From positions 16,997-80,996 of the forward strand of contig JBAYDV010000001.1 of the NCBI GenBank assembly GCA_041668045.1: DNA of 64,000 nt. The letters run 5' to 3'. The position numbers were made by a program, and so were the translations under genes. This document shows, one piece after another, positions 40,897 through 50,253 of this stretch (position 1 is the stretch's first letter; each line of letters starts with the position of its first letter). The DNA comes from Bacteroidales bacterium. GTDB taxonomy: Bacteria > Bacteroidota > Bacteroidia > Bacteroidales > UBA932. Under the pieces are notes generated by a model that saw nothing but the letters and a program-made list of their open reading frames with translations, was not told where the DNA came from and did not search any database.

Positions 40897-43581
40897 ATGA
40901 AAAAATTATTCCTGATAGACGGACATGCCCTTATTTTCAGAATGTACTACGCCTTCTTAAGGCGCCCTATGATTAACTCTAAGGGACAAGACACATCTAT
41001 TCTTTTTGGCTTTATGAAATACCTGCTTGAGTTGATTAAAAGAGAAGAACCAACACACCTCGCTGTCGTATTCGACCCTCCTGGTAAAAACTTTCGTCAT
41101 GAAGCATTTCCAAAATACAAAGCCAATAGAAGTGCCACTCCAGAATTAATAATAGAAGCACTCGAGCCACTTACAGAACTAGTAAAATCCATCAACTTAC
41201 CAGTTCTGATGATTAGTGGATACGAAGCAGACGATGTCATAGGAGCCACAGCTAACAAAGCAGAAAAAAATGGATATGAAGTATATATGGTCACTCCAGA
41301 CAAAGACTTAGGCCAATTAGTCACAGACCACATACATCAATACAAACCAGGTAAATCTGGTGCAGCAGACGAGATATGGGACAAGAAGAAGATATGTGAT
41401 AAATACAACATAAAAGACCCTAAACAAGTCATAGACATTCTAGCACTTTGGGGAGATGCCGCAGACAACATACCTGGAGTAAGAGGTATTGGAGAAGTAG
41501 GCTCTAAAAAACTTATAGGGCAATATGGAAGCGTAGAAAACATCTATAAGCATCTTGACGAGCTCAAACCAAAACAAGCAGAGAAATTTATAGAAAACAA
41601 AGAAACAGCTCTACTAAGTAAATTTCTAGTAACCATCAAGACTGATATTCCAATAGATATTAATGCCGAAGATTTAAAAGTAGAATTTAGCAATATTGCA
41701 AAAGCTAAAGAACTATTCAGTAAATATGAATTTAGATCTCTTTTTAATCTTTTACCTTTCGACGATTCAGCTGAATCATCAAGCACTAATAATACAAAAA
41801 CAGCCAAAACTCTTCTTTTCAAAAACATAGACATAGCTGAAATGAGAGCCATATCTTTAAACTCTCGTCAATGTGTCATCAAAATAGTCAATGAAAAGAT
41901 AATATTAGCTGCAGAAGACAAGATAGTAGTGCTAAACACTCTTGACGAAGCTAAAGACATATTAGAAAATGAAAAGATTCTTAAAATAGGCTACGATTTA
42001 AAAGAAGCTATCAAGGTGCTGAGAAAACACGATATAGCCTTAAAAGGATATCTCGCAGATATCGCATTAATGCACTATCTCATAAACCCAGAAATTACGC
42101 ACAGTCTTGACATGCTTTCCAGAACATATCTTGACATAGACATAAGCAACATATCCGCTTCAAATAATGATTTGCAAGAAGAATCTTCAGACACGACATC
42201 TGCACCAGAGCTAGAACCTGATTTATTCTCAACTCCTAGCGAAGAAAAAAAGATATCAACTAAAATAGACGAAAGGACTAAAGCAGAAACAGTCATTACA
42301 TATAAACTATATAATGTACTCCATAAACTATTTTTAAAAGACGAAACATTAAAAAATCTCTATGATACTATGGAGATGCCTCTTTTAAGAGTTCTTGCAG
42401 ATATGGAATTTGAAGGAGTCACCATAGACCCTATATTACTACAAGACTATAGTAAAGAACTAACGATGCAAATGAATAAAATAGAACAAAAGATTCGTGA
42501 AGCATCTAACTCTCCTACTCTAAACATCTCTTCTCCTAAACAATTAGGCATAGTACTATATGATATTATGAAAATCAATCCAAAGGTTAAAAAAAATAAA
42601 AATGGCAATTACCCTACGGATGAAAAGACCTTGAATTCTCTTTTAGATGTAAATCCTATAGTTCAAGACATATTAGATTATAGAGAAATAAAAAAACTTG
42701 TTTCTACATACATAAACCCGCTTCCTGGTCAGATAAATCCAGAAACACACAAAATACATACCACTTTCAATCAGGCACTTACAGCCACTGGAAGACTTAG
42801 TTCATCAAACCCTAATTTACAAAACATACCCAATAGAACATCTATGGGTAGAGAAATTAGAAAAGCATTTATCCCAAGTCACGAAGATGGATTCATCGTA
42901 TCTGCCGATTATTCACAGATAGAACTTAGGATAATGGCAGCACTAAGTGAAGACCCAAGTATGATTAGCGACTTCAATGCTGGAAAAGACATACATACAG
43001 CTACTTCAGCCAAAATATATCATATTTCGGATGAAGAAGTTACGAAAGAACAGCGAACAAAAGCCAAAACTGCAAACTTTGGTATAATTTATGGAATATC
43101 ATCTCATGGACTTTCTCAGAGACTACATATACCATATGCAGAATCAAAAGAGCTTATAAGTGAATATTTTAAACATTATCCAGCAGTTCAGGCATACATG
43201 GAAAGGATGAAAAAAAGTGCCAAAGAAAAAGGATATGTCGAAACACTATTTAATAGGAAAAGATACTTACCTAATATAAACTCTAGAAACCATAATGTTA
43301 TGGCTCTAGCTGAACGAAATGCTATAAATGCGCCAATACAAGGAACAGCAGCAGACATAATTAAAATGGCGATGATAAACATTTGGAAACGACTCAATGA
43401 AGGTAAATTTAAAAGTAAAATGGTCCTTCAGATCCACGATGAGCTTATATTGGATGTAGTAAAAGAAGAAGTAGATGAAATAGTTAAAATCGTTAAAGAT
43501 GAAATGGAAAATGTAATTAAATTATCCGTTCCTTTAACTGTAGAATGTAATTATGGAAAAAATTGGCTCGAAGCACATTGA
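40897..43581 (+). CDS. polA: DNA polymerase I
   Basis: 5' nuclease domain (LIDGHALIFRMYYA, GYEADDVIG, GVRGIGEVGSKKL). Polymerase motifs A DYSQIELR, B RTKAKTANFGIIYG and C VLQIHDELI. Confidence 0.95.
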   Translation: MKKLFLIDGHALIFRMYYAFLRRPMINSKGQDTSILFGFMKYLLELIKREEPTHLAVVFDPPGKNFRHEAFPKYKANRSATPELIIEALEPLTELVKSINLPVLMISGYEADDVIGATANKAEKNGYEVYMVTPDKDLGQLVTDHIHQYKPGKSGAADEIWDKKKICDKYNIKDPKQVIDILALWGDAADNIPGVRGIGEVGSKKLIGQYGSVENIYKHLDELKPKQAEKFIENKETALLSKFLVTIKTDIPIDINAEDLKVEFSNIAKAKELFSKYEFRSLFNLLPFDDSAESSSTNNTKTAKTLLFKNIDIAEMRAISLNSRQCVIKIVNEKIILAAEDKIVVLNTLDEAKDILENEKILKIGYDLKEAIKVLRKHDIALKGYLADIALMHYLINPEITHSLDMLSRTYLDIDISNISASNNDLQEESSDTTSAPELEPDLFSTPSEEKKISTKIDERTKAETVITYKLYNVLHKLFLKDETLKNLYDTMEMPLLRVLADMEFEGVTIDPILLQDYSKELTMQMNKIEQKIREASNSPTLNISSPKQLGIVLYDIMKINPKVKKNKNGNYPTDEKTLNSLLDVNPIVQDILDYREIKKLVSTYINPLPGQINPETHKIHTTFNQALTATGRLSSSNPNLQNIPNRTSMGREIRKAFIPSHEDGFIVSADYSQIELRIMAALSEDPSMISDFNAGKDIHTATSAKIYHISDEEVTKEQRTKAKTANFGIIYGISSHGLSQRLHIPYAESKELISEYFKHYPAVQAYMERMKKSAKEKGYVETLFNRKRYLPNINSRNHNVMALAERNAINAPIQGTAADIIKMAMINIWKRLNEGKFKSKMVLQIHDELILDVVKEEVDEIVKIVKDEMENVIKLSVPLTVECNYGKNWLEAH

Positions 43582-44131
43582 TGATTCTCTTTCTGACGCT
43601 GAACTTATAGAATTAGCGAAAAAAAAAGAAAATTTAGCTTACTCTATACTCTTTAATAGATATAGGATAGGGCTTACTAACTATTTATCCAAATACTTAG
43701 GGCCAAAAGATGTAGAAGACATAACACAAGAATGCATGATCAAAGCCTACCTAGCGCTAGGCAGTTATAATTTTAAATATTCATTCTCTACATGGTTATT
43801 TTCTATAGGTCGAAATGCTGCGATAGATTTGATACGTAAAACAAGCAATAAATCGACTTTAGAAATAGAAGAAACATCCACTGATATAATAATAGACAAT
43901 TCTAACTCTAATCCAGAAGAACATATATTAAGCAACGAAGCATACTACAGCATAGTTAATCAAATATTAAAATTAAATCCAACATACCGCACAGTAGCTA
44001 AATTACGATTTCTTGATGGATATGCATACGAAGAAATAGCTAAAGAATTAAATTTATCTATAAACACTGTCAAAACCAGACTAAGAAGAGCTAAAGAAAT
44101 ACTGCTGCAGAAAAATCATTTATGGAAATAA
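43553..44131 (+). CDS. ECF-type sigma-70 family RNA polymerase sigma factor
   Basis: Region 2 (EDITQECMIKAYLALGSY...FSTWLFSIGRNAAIDLIRK) and region 4 HTH (YEEIAKELNLSINTVKTRLRRAKEIL). The only plausible start is ATG 43553, which lies 29 nt inside polA. Confidence 0.8.
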   Translation: MEKIGSKHIDDSLSDAELIELAKKKENLAYSILFNRYRIGLTNYLSKYLGPKDVEDITQECMIKAYLALGSYNFKYSFSTWLFSIGRNAAIDLIRKTSNKSTLEIEETSTDIIIDNSNSNPEEHILSNEAYYSIVNQILKLNPTYRTVAKLRFLDGYAYEEIAKELNLSINTVKTRLRRAKEILLQKNHLWK

Positions 44132-44757
44132 AAATGGGAATAGAAATAATAGAAAAGTACTTCACTGAACTAAATGAAGACCAGATACAGAAATACAAAA
44201 CACTTTTTCCACTCTACAGCGACTGGAACTCAAAAATAAATGTAATATCACGAAAAGACATAGACAAACTATATCTACACCATGTTCTTCACTCCTTAGC
44301 CATAGCGAAATACATATCATTTCCTGATCATGCTAAAGTTCTAGACCTAGGCACCGGAGGAGGATTTCCAGGCATACCATTAGCCATCATGTTTCCGAAT
44401 GTACATTTCACACTCTGCGACTCTATACGTAAAAAAATCAAAGTCGCTACAGAAGTAAAGGACGCCCTTACTCTAGGCAATGTGGAAACAATAGTCTCGC
44501 GAGCAGAAGAGCTAAGTGGAAGCTATGATTACATAGTAAGCAGAGCTGTCAGTGATTTAAGAAATTTAGTACCCTGGACTAAACACTTAGGAGCAAAAGA
44601 AGTAATATGTTTAAAAGGTGGAGATGTAATTAAAGAAATGTCTGAGTCAGCTAAACTCCTCAATATCAAAATAAACAGATTTAAAGCTATAAATATTAGT
44701 GATTGGTTTGATGAAGAGTATTTTGTTGAGAAAAAGATTGTTATTCTTAGAAAATAA
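44122..44757 (+). CDS. rsmG: 16S rRNA (guanine527-N7)-methyltransferase
   Basis: SAM-binding VLDLGTGGGFPGIPLAI and a length of about 205-211 aa. The start is either 44122 (10-nt overlap with the sigma gene) or 44134. Confidence 0.85.
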   Translation: MEIKMGIEIIEKYFTELNEDQIQKYKTLFPLYSDWNSKINVISRKDIDKLYLHHVLHSLAIAKYISFPDHAKVLDLGTGGGFPGIPLAIMFPNVHFTLCDSIRKKIKVATEVKDALTLGNVETIVSRAEELSGSYDYIVSRAVSDLRNLVPWTKHLGAKEVICLKGGDVIKEMSESAKLLNIKINRFKAINISDWFDEEYFVEKKIVILRK

Positions 44758-44788
44758 TTTGTATTCTAAAACAAAAGCCTTATATTTG
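44758..44788 (+). promoter_or_regulatory. Bacteroidota-type promoter of rpmH (-33 TTTG / -7 TATATTTG)
   Basis: TTTG at 44758-44761 and TATATTTG at 44781-44788 with a 19-nt spacer. It shares the 17-nt core with the tRNA promoter. Confidence 0.6.
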
Positions 44789-44825
44789 CACTCCATTTCG
44801 AAGAAATATATAAAAAATAAATAAT

Positions 44826-44978
44826 ATGAAACGTACATTTCAACCATCTCAGCGTAAACGCCGTAACAAACACGGATTTCGTGAACGTATGTCTACACCT
44901 AACGGACGTAGAGTGTTAGCATCTCGTCGTCGTCACGGTCGTAAAAAACTAACTGTATCATCTGAGAATTTATACTAG
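44826..44978 (+). CDS. rpmH: 50S ribosomal protein L34
   Basis: Not in the ORF track (50 codons). My translation is [50 protein letters not shown], a canonical L34 sequence. Confidence 0.92.
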   Translation: MKRTFQPSQRKRRNKHGFRERMSTPNGRRVLASRRRHGRKKLTVSSENLY

Positions 44979-45003
44979 TCTAGTTTTATAGAAAATTAGT
45001 TTG

Positions 45004-45034
45004 AGGCTGTTTCGCAGAGCGAATGCAGCCTTTT
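45004..45034 (+). terminator. Intrinsic terminator after rpmH
   Basis: AGGCTGTTTCGC / GCGAATGCAGCCT imperfect stem (45004-45031) with an AGA loop, followed by TTTT. Confidence 0.65.
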
Positions 45035-45089
45035 ATTATATATATATTGATTTTATTTGTATTTTTGAAGTATAAGCACTATTAAAATC

Positions 45090-45911
45090 ATGGAAAAGAG
45101 TCAAAAGAAAAAACACACATTTTTAAAAAATTTAGCATTAGCTTTATTTATTTTATTAATATTATTCGTAACTATCGTAATATCACTTAATAAAATCACA
45201 CGTCATAATCAAGAAGTTATTGTTCCTGATTTATACGGCATGTCCATAGAAAAGGCCCACAGAGCTACTGCTGCTAACGAGTTTAATCTCGATGTAACCG
45301 ACTCTATTTACTCCAAAAGATTAATGCCCGGTGCTATCGCTAAACAAAACCCTAAAGCAGGAAGTCACGTAAAAAAAGGAAGAAGAATAATCCTTACAGT
45401 TAACGCTAAGGACTATAAAAAGACCACAATGCCTAATCTAGTAGGTTTTTCTCTTAGACAAGCCAAGACTGAAATCTTAGGACACAACTTAAACGTAGGT
45501 ACTCTGAATTATGTAACAGATATAGCTACTGATAATGTATTAGGTCAGAAAATTAACGGCAGAGATATAGAACCAGGAACTATTCTAGCAGAAGGTACTT
45601 CTATCGATTTAGAAGTAGGCGTAAAAGAATCACAAAATTTCACCTATGTACCACAAGTACTAGGTTATAAATTACACTCAGCTAAAAGTTTTCTTATAGA
45701 TAATTCATTGAACATATCATATATAAATTATGATAGAACAGTTAAAACATATCAAGACACTTTATCTGCTCTAGTATATAAAACAATACCTGCAGCTTCT
45801 AACACATTCTCAGTTCCTAGAGGTTCAGAAGTTTCATTATTTCTAACCACCGATGAATCTAAAATTATTTTTCCTGTAGATAGTACAGAAATCATAAACA
45901 ACATACAATAA
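45090..45911 (+). CDS. Membrane-anchored protein with three PASTA domains and no catalytic domain
   Basis: N-terminal TM helix, then three repeats of about 65 aa beginning VPDLYGMSIEKA, MPNLVGFSLRQA and VPQVLGYKLHSA (PASTA-like P.L.G......A pattern). Confidence 0.7.
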   Translation: MEKSQKKKHTFLKNLALALFILLILFVTIVISLNKITRHNQEVIVPDLYGMSIEKAHRATAANEFNLDVTDSIYSKRLMPGAIAKQNPKAGSHVKKGRRIILTVNAKDYKKTTMPNLVGFSLRQAKTEILGHNLNVGTLNYVTDIATDNVLGQKINGRDIEPGTILAEGTSIDLEVGVKESQNFTYVPQVLGYKLHSAKSFLIDNSLNISYINYDRTVKTYQDTLSALVYKTIPAASNTFSVPRGSEVSLFLTTDESKIIFPVDSTEIINNIQ

Positions 45912-46985
45912 ATGCTTAAAAAAGAAGATACTCTTCTAAATGAAGACGAGTTAGTAGAAGATAATTTCGATGAAGATGTCGAAATGTTCGAACATTTTCG
46001 TTTCAAAGTAGATAAAGGTCAAGCATTACTTAGAATAGATAAATTTCTTACTCTAAGAATGGAGCATACTTCTAGACATAAAATTCAGCTAGCCATAAAA
46101 GCTAATTATGTCAAAGTAAATGATAATGTAGTAAAAGCTAATTATAAAGTTAAACCTCTAGACATCATAACAATATCACTCCCTTATGAACGAAGAGGAT
46201 TCGAAATTATTCCAGAAGATATACCTCTCGATATAAGATATGAAGATGATGACCTTCTAGTAGTCAATAAACCTGCAGGTCTGGTAGTTCATCCAGGCTG
46301 TGGACATTATACTGGCACTCTAGTAAATGGTCTTGCATTCTACTTAAATATACATCAAGGGCCTGAAGGTAAAGATGATGGCATGGGAGTATTAGTTCAC
46401 AGGATAGATAAAGACACCTCAGGAACCCTATTGGTAGCTAAAAATGATGAAACTCAGTTAGGTCTAGCTAAACAATTTTTCGATCATAGCATAGACAGAA
46501 AATATATAGCTATCGTATGGGGAGATTTAGAAAATGATGAAGGCACTATTACTGGTAATCTAGCTCGTGACCCTAAAGACAGATTAAGATTTAAAGTCTT
46601 CGAAGATCCGTCTATAGGTAAACATGCTGTCACTCATTATAAAGTAATAGAAAGACTAGGTTATGTCACAGTAGTTCAATGTATATTAGAAACAGGGCGT
46701 ACACATCAAATCAGGGTCCACATGAACTACATAGGACATCCATTATTTAACGATGCTCGTTATGGTGGGGACAGAATTATTAAAGGTCCTCTATATTCTA
46801 AATATCGTCAGTTTATAGATAATTGTTTCGCTTTATGTCCCAGACAAGCTTTACATGCTAAAACTCTTGGTTTTGTTCATCCTAAAACCAAGAAATATAT
46901 TAAAGTAGAAAGTGAGATTCCTTCTGATATGATAGCAGTAATGGATAAGTTTCGTAATTTTATCAAATCACGTCAAGATATTTAA
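45912..46985 (+). CDS. rluD: RluA-family 23S rRNA pseudouridine synthase (RluD-like)
   Basis: S4 domain (RIDKFL), catalytic HRIDKDTSGTLLVAKN, TGRTHQIRVH, and HA..L.F.HP. The start abuts the PASTA gene stop with no gap. Confidence 0.88.
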   Translation: MLKKEDTLLNEDELVEDNFDEDVEMFEHFRFKVDKGQALLRIDKFLTLRMEHTSRHKIQLAIKANYVKVNDNVVKANYKVKPLDIITISLPYERRGFEIIPEDIPLDIRYEDDDLLVVNKPAGLVVHPGCGHYTGTLVNGLAFYLNIHQGPEGKDDGMGVLVHRIDKDTSGTLLVAKNDETQLGLAKQFFDHSIDRKYIAIVWGDLENDEGTITGNLARDPKDRLRFKVFEDPSIGKHAVTHYKVIERLGYVTVVQCILETGRTHQIRVHMNYIGHPLFNDARYGGDRIIKGPLYSKYRQFIDNCFALCPRQALHAKTLGFVHPKTKKYIKVESEIPSDMIAVMDKFRNFIKSRQDI

Positions 46986-47016
46986 TAATATAGTCGTAAA
47001 TAAATTTACACTAATA

Positions 47017-48456
47017 TTATCGACGAATTTTCCAAAGATTATTAGTCCTGTTACCTAAGTTTTTAACAAAACCTACAGGACTATTTTGATATTTTATTAA
47101 TATATATCCTTTAGGATATTCTTTCTCTTCGGCAGACTTTGATAATACCAGAGATTGCTTACTTAGATATTTATCAATTTCTTCAGTACTTGCATCATAT
47201 GATGAGAAACTTGCAGAATCTATCGTTTCTGACAATGCGAAATCAGCATCATATACGAGTATATCCCTTTTTAATGTGCCGATGACTACTCCAGAATGTA
47301 TGCTTTTTAGTCTAGATTCTACGAAAAGCATCTCTTCATATTCATCTATCGGATATGCTTTTACGAAATTATTTTTTTGAAATAATTTATAACCGTCTTT
47401 TATTCCTTTAATATTAAAAGAAGAAGGAAGAAAACTCATATTACCCGGTAGTATAACTTTTCCTTTTTTAGATGTTTTGATTTTTTCTTCTCTAGGAGCT
47501 TCACTGGTTTTCCTCAACATAGCGAAGAAAAAACCTTCTCCATCTACCAGACCAGGAAGAAATTTATATCCTCCCATTTCAGTTTTTACAACTTTAGTAG
47601 AGTTATTAGTCGATATATCTTTATCATAATATTCTACAGAAACTACTTCTGCACCTAGAGTTTCACATATCCATTTAATATTATCATCATCCTCATAATG
47701 ATTAAACGTACATGTGGAATAAATCATTATACCATCTTTTTTCAGTGATGGCCATATGTCAGCTATGATTCTATGTTGTCGAGACTGACAGTGTTTGACA
47801 TTGTCCAAAGACCATTCCTGGCGTGCTTTCATGTCTTTTTTAAACATACCTTCGCCAGAGCAAGGTACATCTGCCAATATGAGGTCGAAGAAATTACCTA
47901 GACGATTAAAATCTTTTGGGTCGTTATTGGTGACTATCACATTAGAAGAGCCCCATTTGGATATATTTTCTGCGAGAATGCTGCTTCTGTTTCTAATGAC
48001 CTCATTAGAAACTAAGTAGCATGACTCTATTGCCTTAAATAATGATAATACATGTGTTGACTTGCCACCAGGGGCTGCACACAAATCTAACATTCTATAG
48101 TTTCTATTGGCAGATTCTTTTATTGCCTTAAAACTAGAACTGGCTATCAGTTGTTTTATAGCAGGTTCTATGCCCATAGAAGAAGATTCTTGTACGTAGT
48201 ATGCTCCTGTCTGAAATCCTGGTTCATCGCGAAATCTGGGACGTGGAGATATATAATAAGCTTCATCTGCCCATGTTATAGGAGAAAGTGTATATTCTCC
48301 AGATAACTTTTGCGATGACTTGTGGTTGAATCGTATAGATGTTTTGACTTCAGTGGCATCAAGTCCTTTTTTGACTATCTCACTATTTTCTTCACCTACA
48401 GATTCTTTTAATAAAGAAATAAATTCTTTTGGAAGCTCTACGAAAGAATCATTCAT
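47017..48456 (-). CDS. rsmF: NOL1/NOP2/Sun-family rRNA cytosine-C5 methyltransferase (RsmF-like)
   Basis: SAM motif LDLCAAPGGKST, DVPCSGEG, catalytic YSTCT, and a C-terminal PUA-like extension. 479 aa. Confidence 0.75.
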   Translation of the reverse strand: MNDSFVELPKEFISLLKESVGEENSEIVKKGLDATEVKTSIRFNHKSSQKLSGEYTLSPITWADEAYYISPRPRFRDEPGFQTGAYYVQESSSMGIEPAIKQLIASSSFKAIKESANRNYRMLDLCAAPGGKSTHVLSLFKAIESCYLVSNEVIRNRSSILAENISKWGSSNVIVTNNDPKDFNRLGNFFDLILADVPCSGEGMFKKDMKARQEWSLDNVKHCQSRQHRIIADIWPSLKKDGIMIYSTCTFNHYEDDDNIKWICETLGAEVVSVEYYDKDISTNNSTKVVKTEMGGYKFLPGLVDGEGFFFAMLRKTSEAPREEKIKTSKKGKVILPGNMSFLPSSFNIKGIKDGYKLFQKNNFVKAYPIDEYEEMLFVESRLKSIHSGVVIGTLKRDILVYDADFALSETIDSASFSSYDASTEEIDKYLSKQSLVLSKSAEEKEYPKGYILIKYQNSPVGFVKNLGNRTNNLWKIRR

Positions 48457-48457
48457 A

Positions 48458-48904
48458 TTAGCTGAAATCTTTGATATTCACCTTAGACATATCTGGCATC
48501 TCTCCGCTAACGGCTTTTTCTATTTGTTCTGTCATTTTATCTACAGCACTTTGTAATTTCCCTCCTATCATCATTTTCATCATGGTGTTCAATTCAGCAT
48601 TTACTTCTATTTGAAATAATGTACTGTCTAAACCAACTGGTGAAAGATGAAATTTTACTTTAAAGGGAAATGGAGATGAACCTTCGTCTTTCATTACTAC
48701 TAAAGAATAAGGGACTCTCTCCTCTATTCTAATACCGACGTTCATGCCCTTGACGTTAGCTATGATACTATCTGCATCGGCAGTAACTTTACTCTTCATG
48801 TCCTCAGGTAGATTCATAACGAAGTAGCTTAGATTTGAAAAAACATTAAATATTTCAAATGGTGTTCGCTTAATAAGTACTTCTTTTCCAAATACGTCTG
48901 TCAT
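48458..48904 (-). CDS. Small SRPBCC/CoxG-like fold protein (hypothetical)
   Basis: 148 aa with an alternating beta-rich core and a C-terminal amphipathic helix (GGKLQSAVDKMTEQIEKAV). The assignment is by general resemblance only. Confidence 0.4.
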   Translation of the reverse strand: MTDVFGKEVLIKRTPFEIFNVFSNLSYFVMNLPEDMKSKVTADADSIIANVKGMNVGIRIEERVPYSLVVMKDEGSSPFPFKVKFHLSPVGLDSTLFQIEVNAELNTMMKMMIGGKLQSAVDKMTEQIEKAVSGEMPDMSKVNIKDFS

Positions 48905-48905
48905 A

Positions 48906-49544
48906 CTATTTTTCTTTTCTCCAAGTCTCAGGCGTGATTCGCCATTGTTTTAAAACATCAATATCTTTTTCCTTAATATAATCGCAAGCTACAGCCTCAT
49001 CTATTAGTGTGTCATAATTAGAAAGAGTGTAGAGTAATATATTCGCATATTCGAAGGCTCTACGAGCTTTTATGAAATTATATGAAAATATTGCTACCAT
49101 ACCTAAAGTAATAACACCTGCTTTATTTAAAGCAGCAACAGCTGACAAGCTACTTTTTCCTGTTGAAATAAGATCTTCAATAACTACAGCTTTAGCACCT
49201 TCTTTGATTTCTCCTTCTATCTGATTTCCCATACCATGATCTTTAGGCTTTGGTCTGATATATACAAATGGTATTCCTAATTTTTCAGCCACTAATACTC
49301 CCCAAGCTATCGCTCCTGTAGCTACCCCTGCTATATATTCAACGTCTTTAAAATTCTCTTTAATTATATCAATCATATAATCACAGACTGAAGTCCTAAT
49401 CTTGGGATATGATAATATTGTTCTATTATCACAATAGATTGGCGATTTTATTCCTGATGCCCAAGTAAATGGTTTCTCGGGGCTTAATTTTACTGCGCCG
49501 ATTTTCAATAAATCTTTAGCAATGATTTTATCAACGTTATTCAT
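48906..49544 (-). CDS. pyrE: Orotate phosphoribosyltransferase
   Basis: FTWASGIKSPIYCDNR and the PRPP-binding VVIEDLISTGKSS. Confidence 0.9.
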   Translation of the reverse strand: MNNVDKIIAKDLLKIGAVKLSPEKPFTWASGIKSPIYCDNRTILSYPKIRTSVCDYMIDIIKENFKDVEYIAGVATGAIAWGVLVAEKLGIPFVYIRPKPKDHGMGNQIEGEIKEGAKAVVIEDLISTGKSSLSAVAALNKAGVITLGMVAIFSYNFIKARRAFEYANILLYTLSNYDTLIDEAVACDYIKEKDIDVLKQWRITPETWRKEK

Positions 49545-49566
49545 TTTTTTCTTCTTTTAAATCACA

Positions 49567-49574
49567 CAAATATA
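49567..49574 (-). promoter_or_regulatory. Candidate -7 box (TATATTTG, minus strand) for pyrE
   Basis: The plus strand reads CAAATATA, 23 nt upstream of ATG 49544. Confidence 0.35.
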
Positions 49575-49594
49575 GTAATTTTTTAGCTTTTTTT

Positions 49595-49602
49595 TACCTT
49601 TG
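49595..49602 (+). promoter_or_regulatory. Candidate -7 box (TACCTTTG) for the NUDIX/coaD unit
   Basis: Matches TAnnTTTG 22 nt upstream of ATG 49624, back-to-back with the pyrE box. Confidence 0.35.
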
Positions 49603-49623
49603 CACTGATTAAAAAAATATTAA

Positions 49624-50244
49624 ATGCTTACAGTATATTATCTTTCTAAAAGTATTACCTTCTGTAGAGAAAATGATCCTATCATCTTTTCACCTGAGGC
49701 TGTAGTGCTAAAATCTGAGAAAGTTCCTAATATCCAAGACCTTTCTCTAATGGATAAAGATGCTTTCCCAAAATTAAACATAGTTTTTCCTTGTAAAAAT
49801 CCAGAAAAATCTTTAGAAGAATTCGCCACTCAATTTAAATACATAAATGCAGGAGGAGGACTTGTAAAACATAATAAAACAAATAAATATTTACTTATTT
49901 ACAGAAATGGTCTCTGGGATATTCCTAAAGGTAAGCAAGAAGCCAATGAAAACATTACAGACACAGCCTTACGCGAAGTTGAAGAAGAATGTGGAATTAC
50001 TGGCCTGAAACTTGGAGAACTAATATGTAAAACATACCATATTTATGACACATATGGTGAAAATGTATTAAAACAAACATTTTGGTTTAATATGGAAAGT
50101 GATTTCGAAGGAGAACTCACACCTCAAACCATAGAGGACATAACTCATGCTAAATGGTGTACTAAAGATGAAATCCGTATTTATGCTAAAAACACATACC
50201 CTTCACTAAAAAAAGTATTTAACAACATACTCAAAGCTAATTAA
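49624..50244 (+). CDS. NUDIX hydrolase with an N-terminal extension of about 75 aa
   Basis: Nudix box GKQEANENITDTALREVEEECGI (G.5E.7REU.EE.GU). Confidence 0.8.
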   Translation: MLTVYYLSKSITFCRENDPIIFSPEAVVLKSEKVPNIQDLSLMDKDAFPKLNIVFPCKNPEKSLEEFATQFKYINAGGGLVKHNKTNKYLLIYRNGLWDIPKGKQEANENITDTALREVEEECGITGLKLGELICKTYHIYDTYGENVLKQTFWFNMESDFEGELTPQTIEDITHAKWCTKDEIRIYAKNTYPSLKKVFNNILKAN

Positions 50245-50253
50245 AGTAAAATA

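Noticed and set aside
44122-45089. The adjacency of rsmG (gidB) and rpmH resembles the classical oriC neighbourhood. In addition, a perfect DnaA-box 9-mer TTATCCACA occurs at 51467-51475.
   Set aside because: No dnaA, dnaN, rnpA or parAB genes are here. The flanking spacers are only 68 and 111 bp and are occupied by a promoter and a terminator. The single DnaA box lies inside a coding region and is within chance expectation (about 0.5-1 per window).
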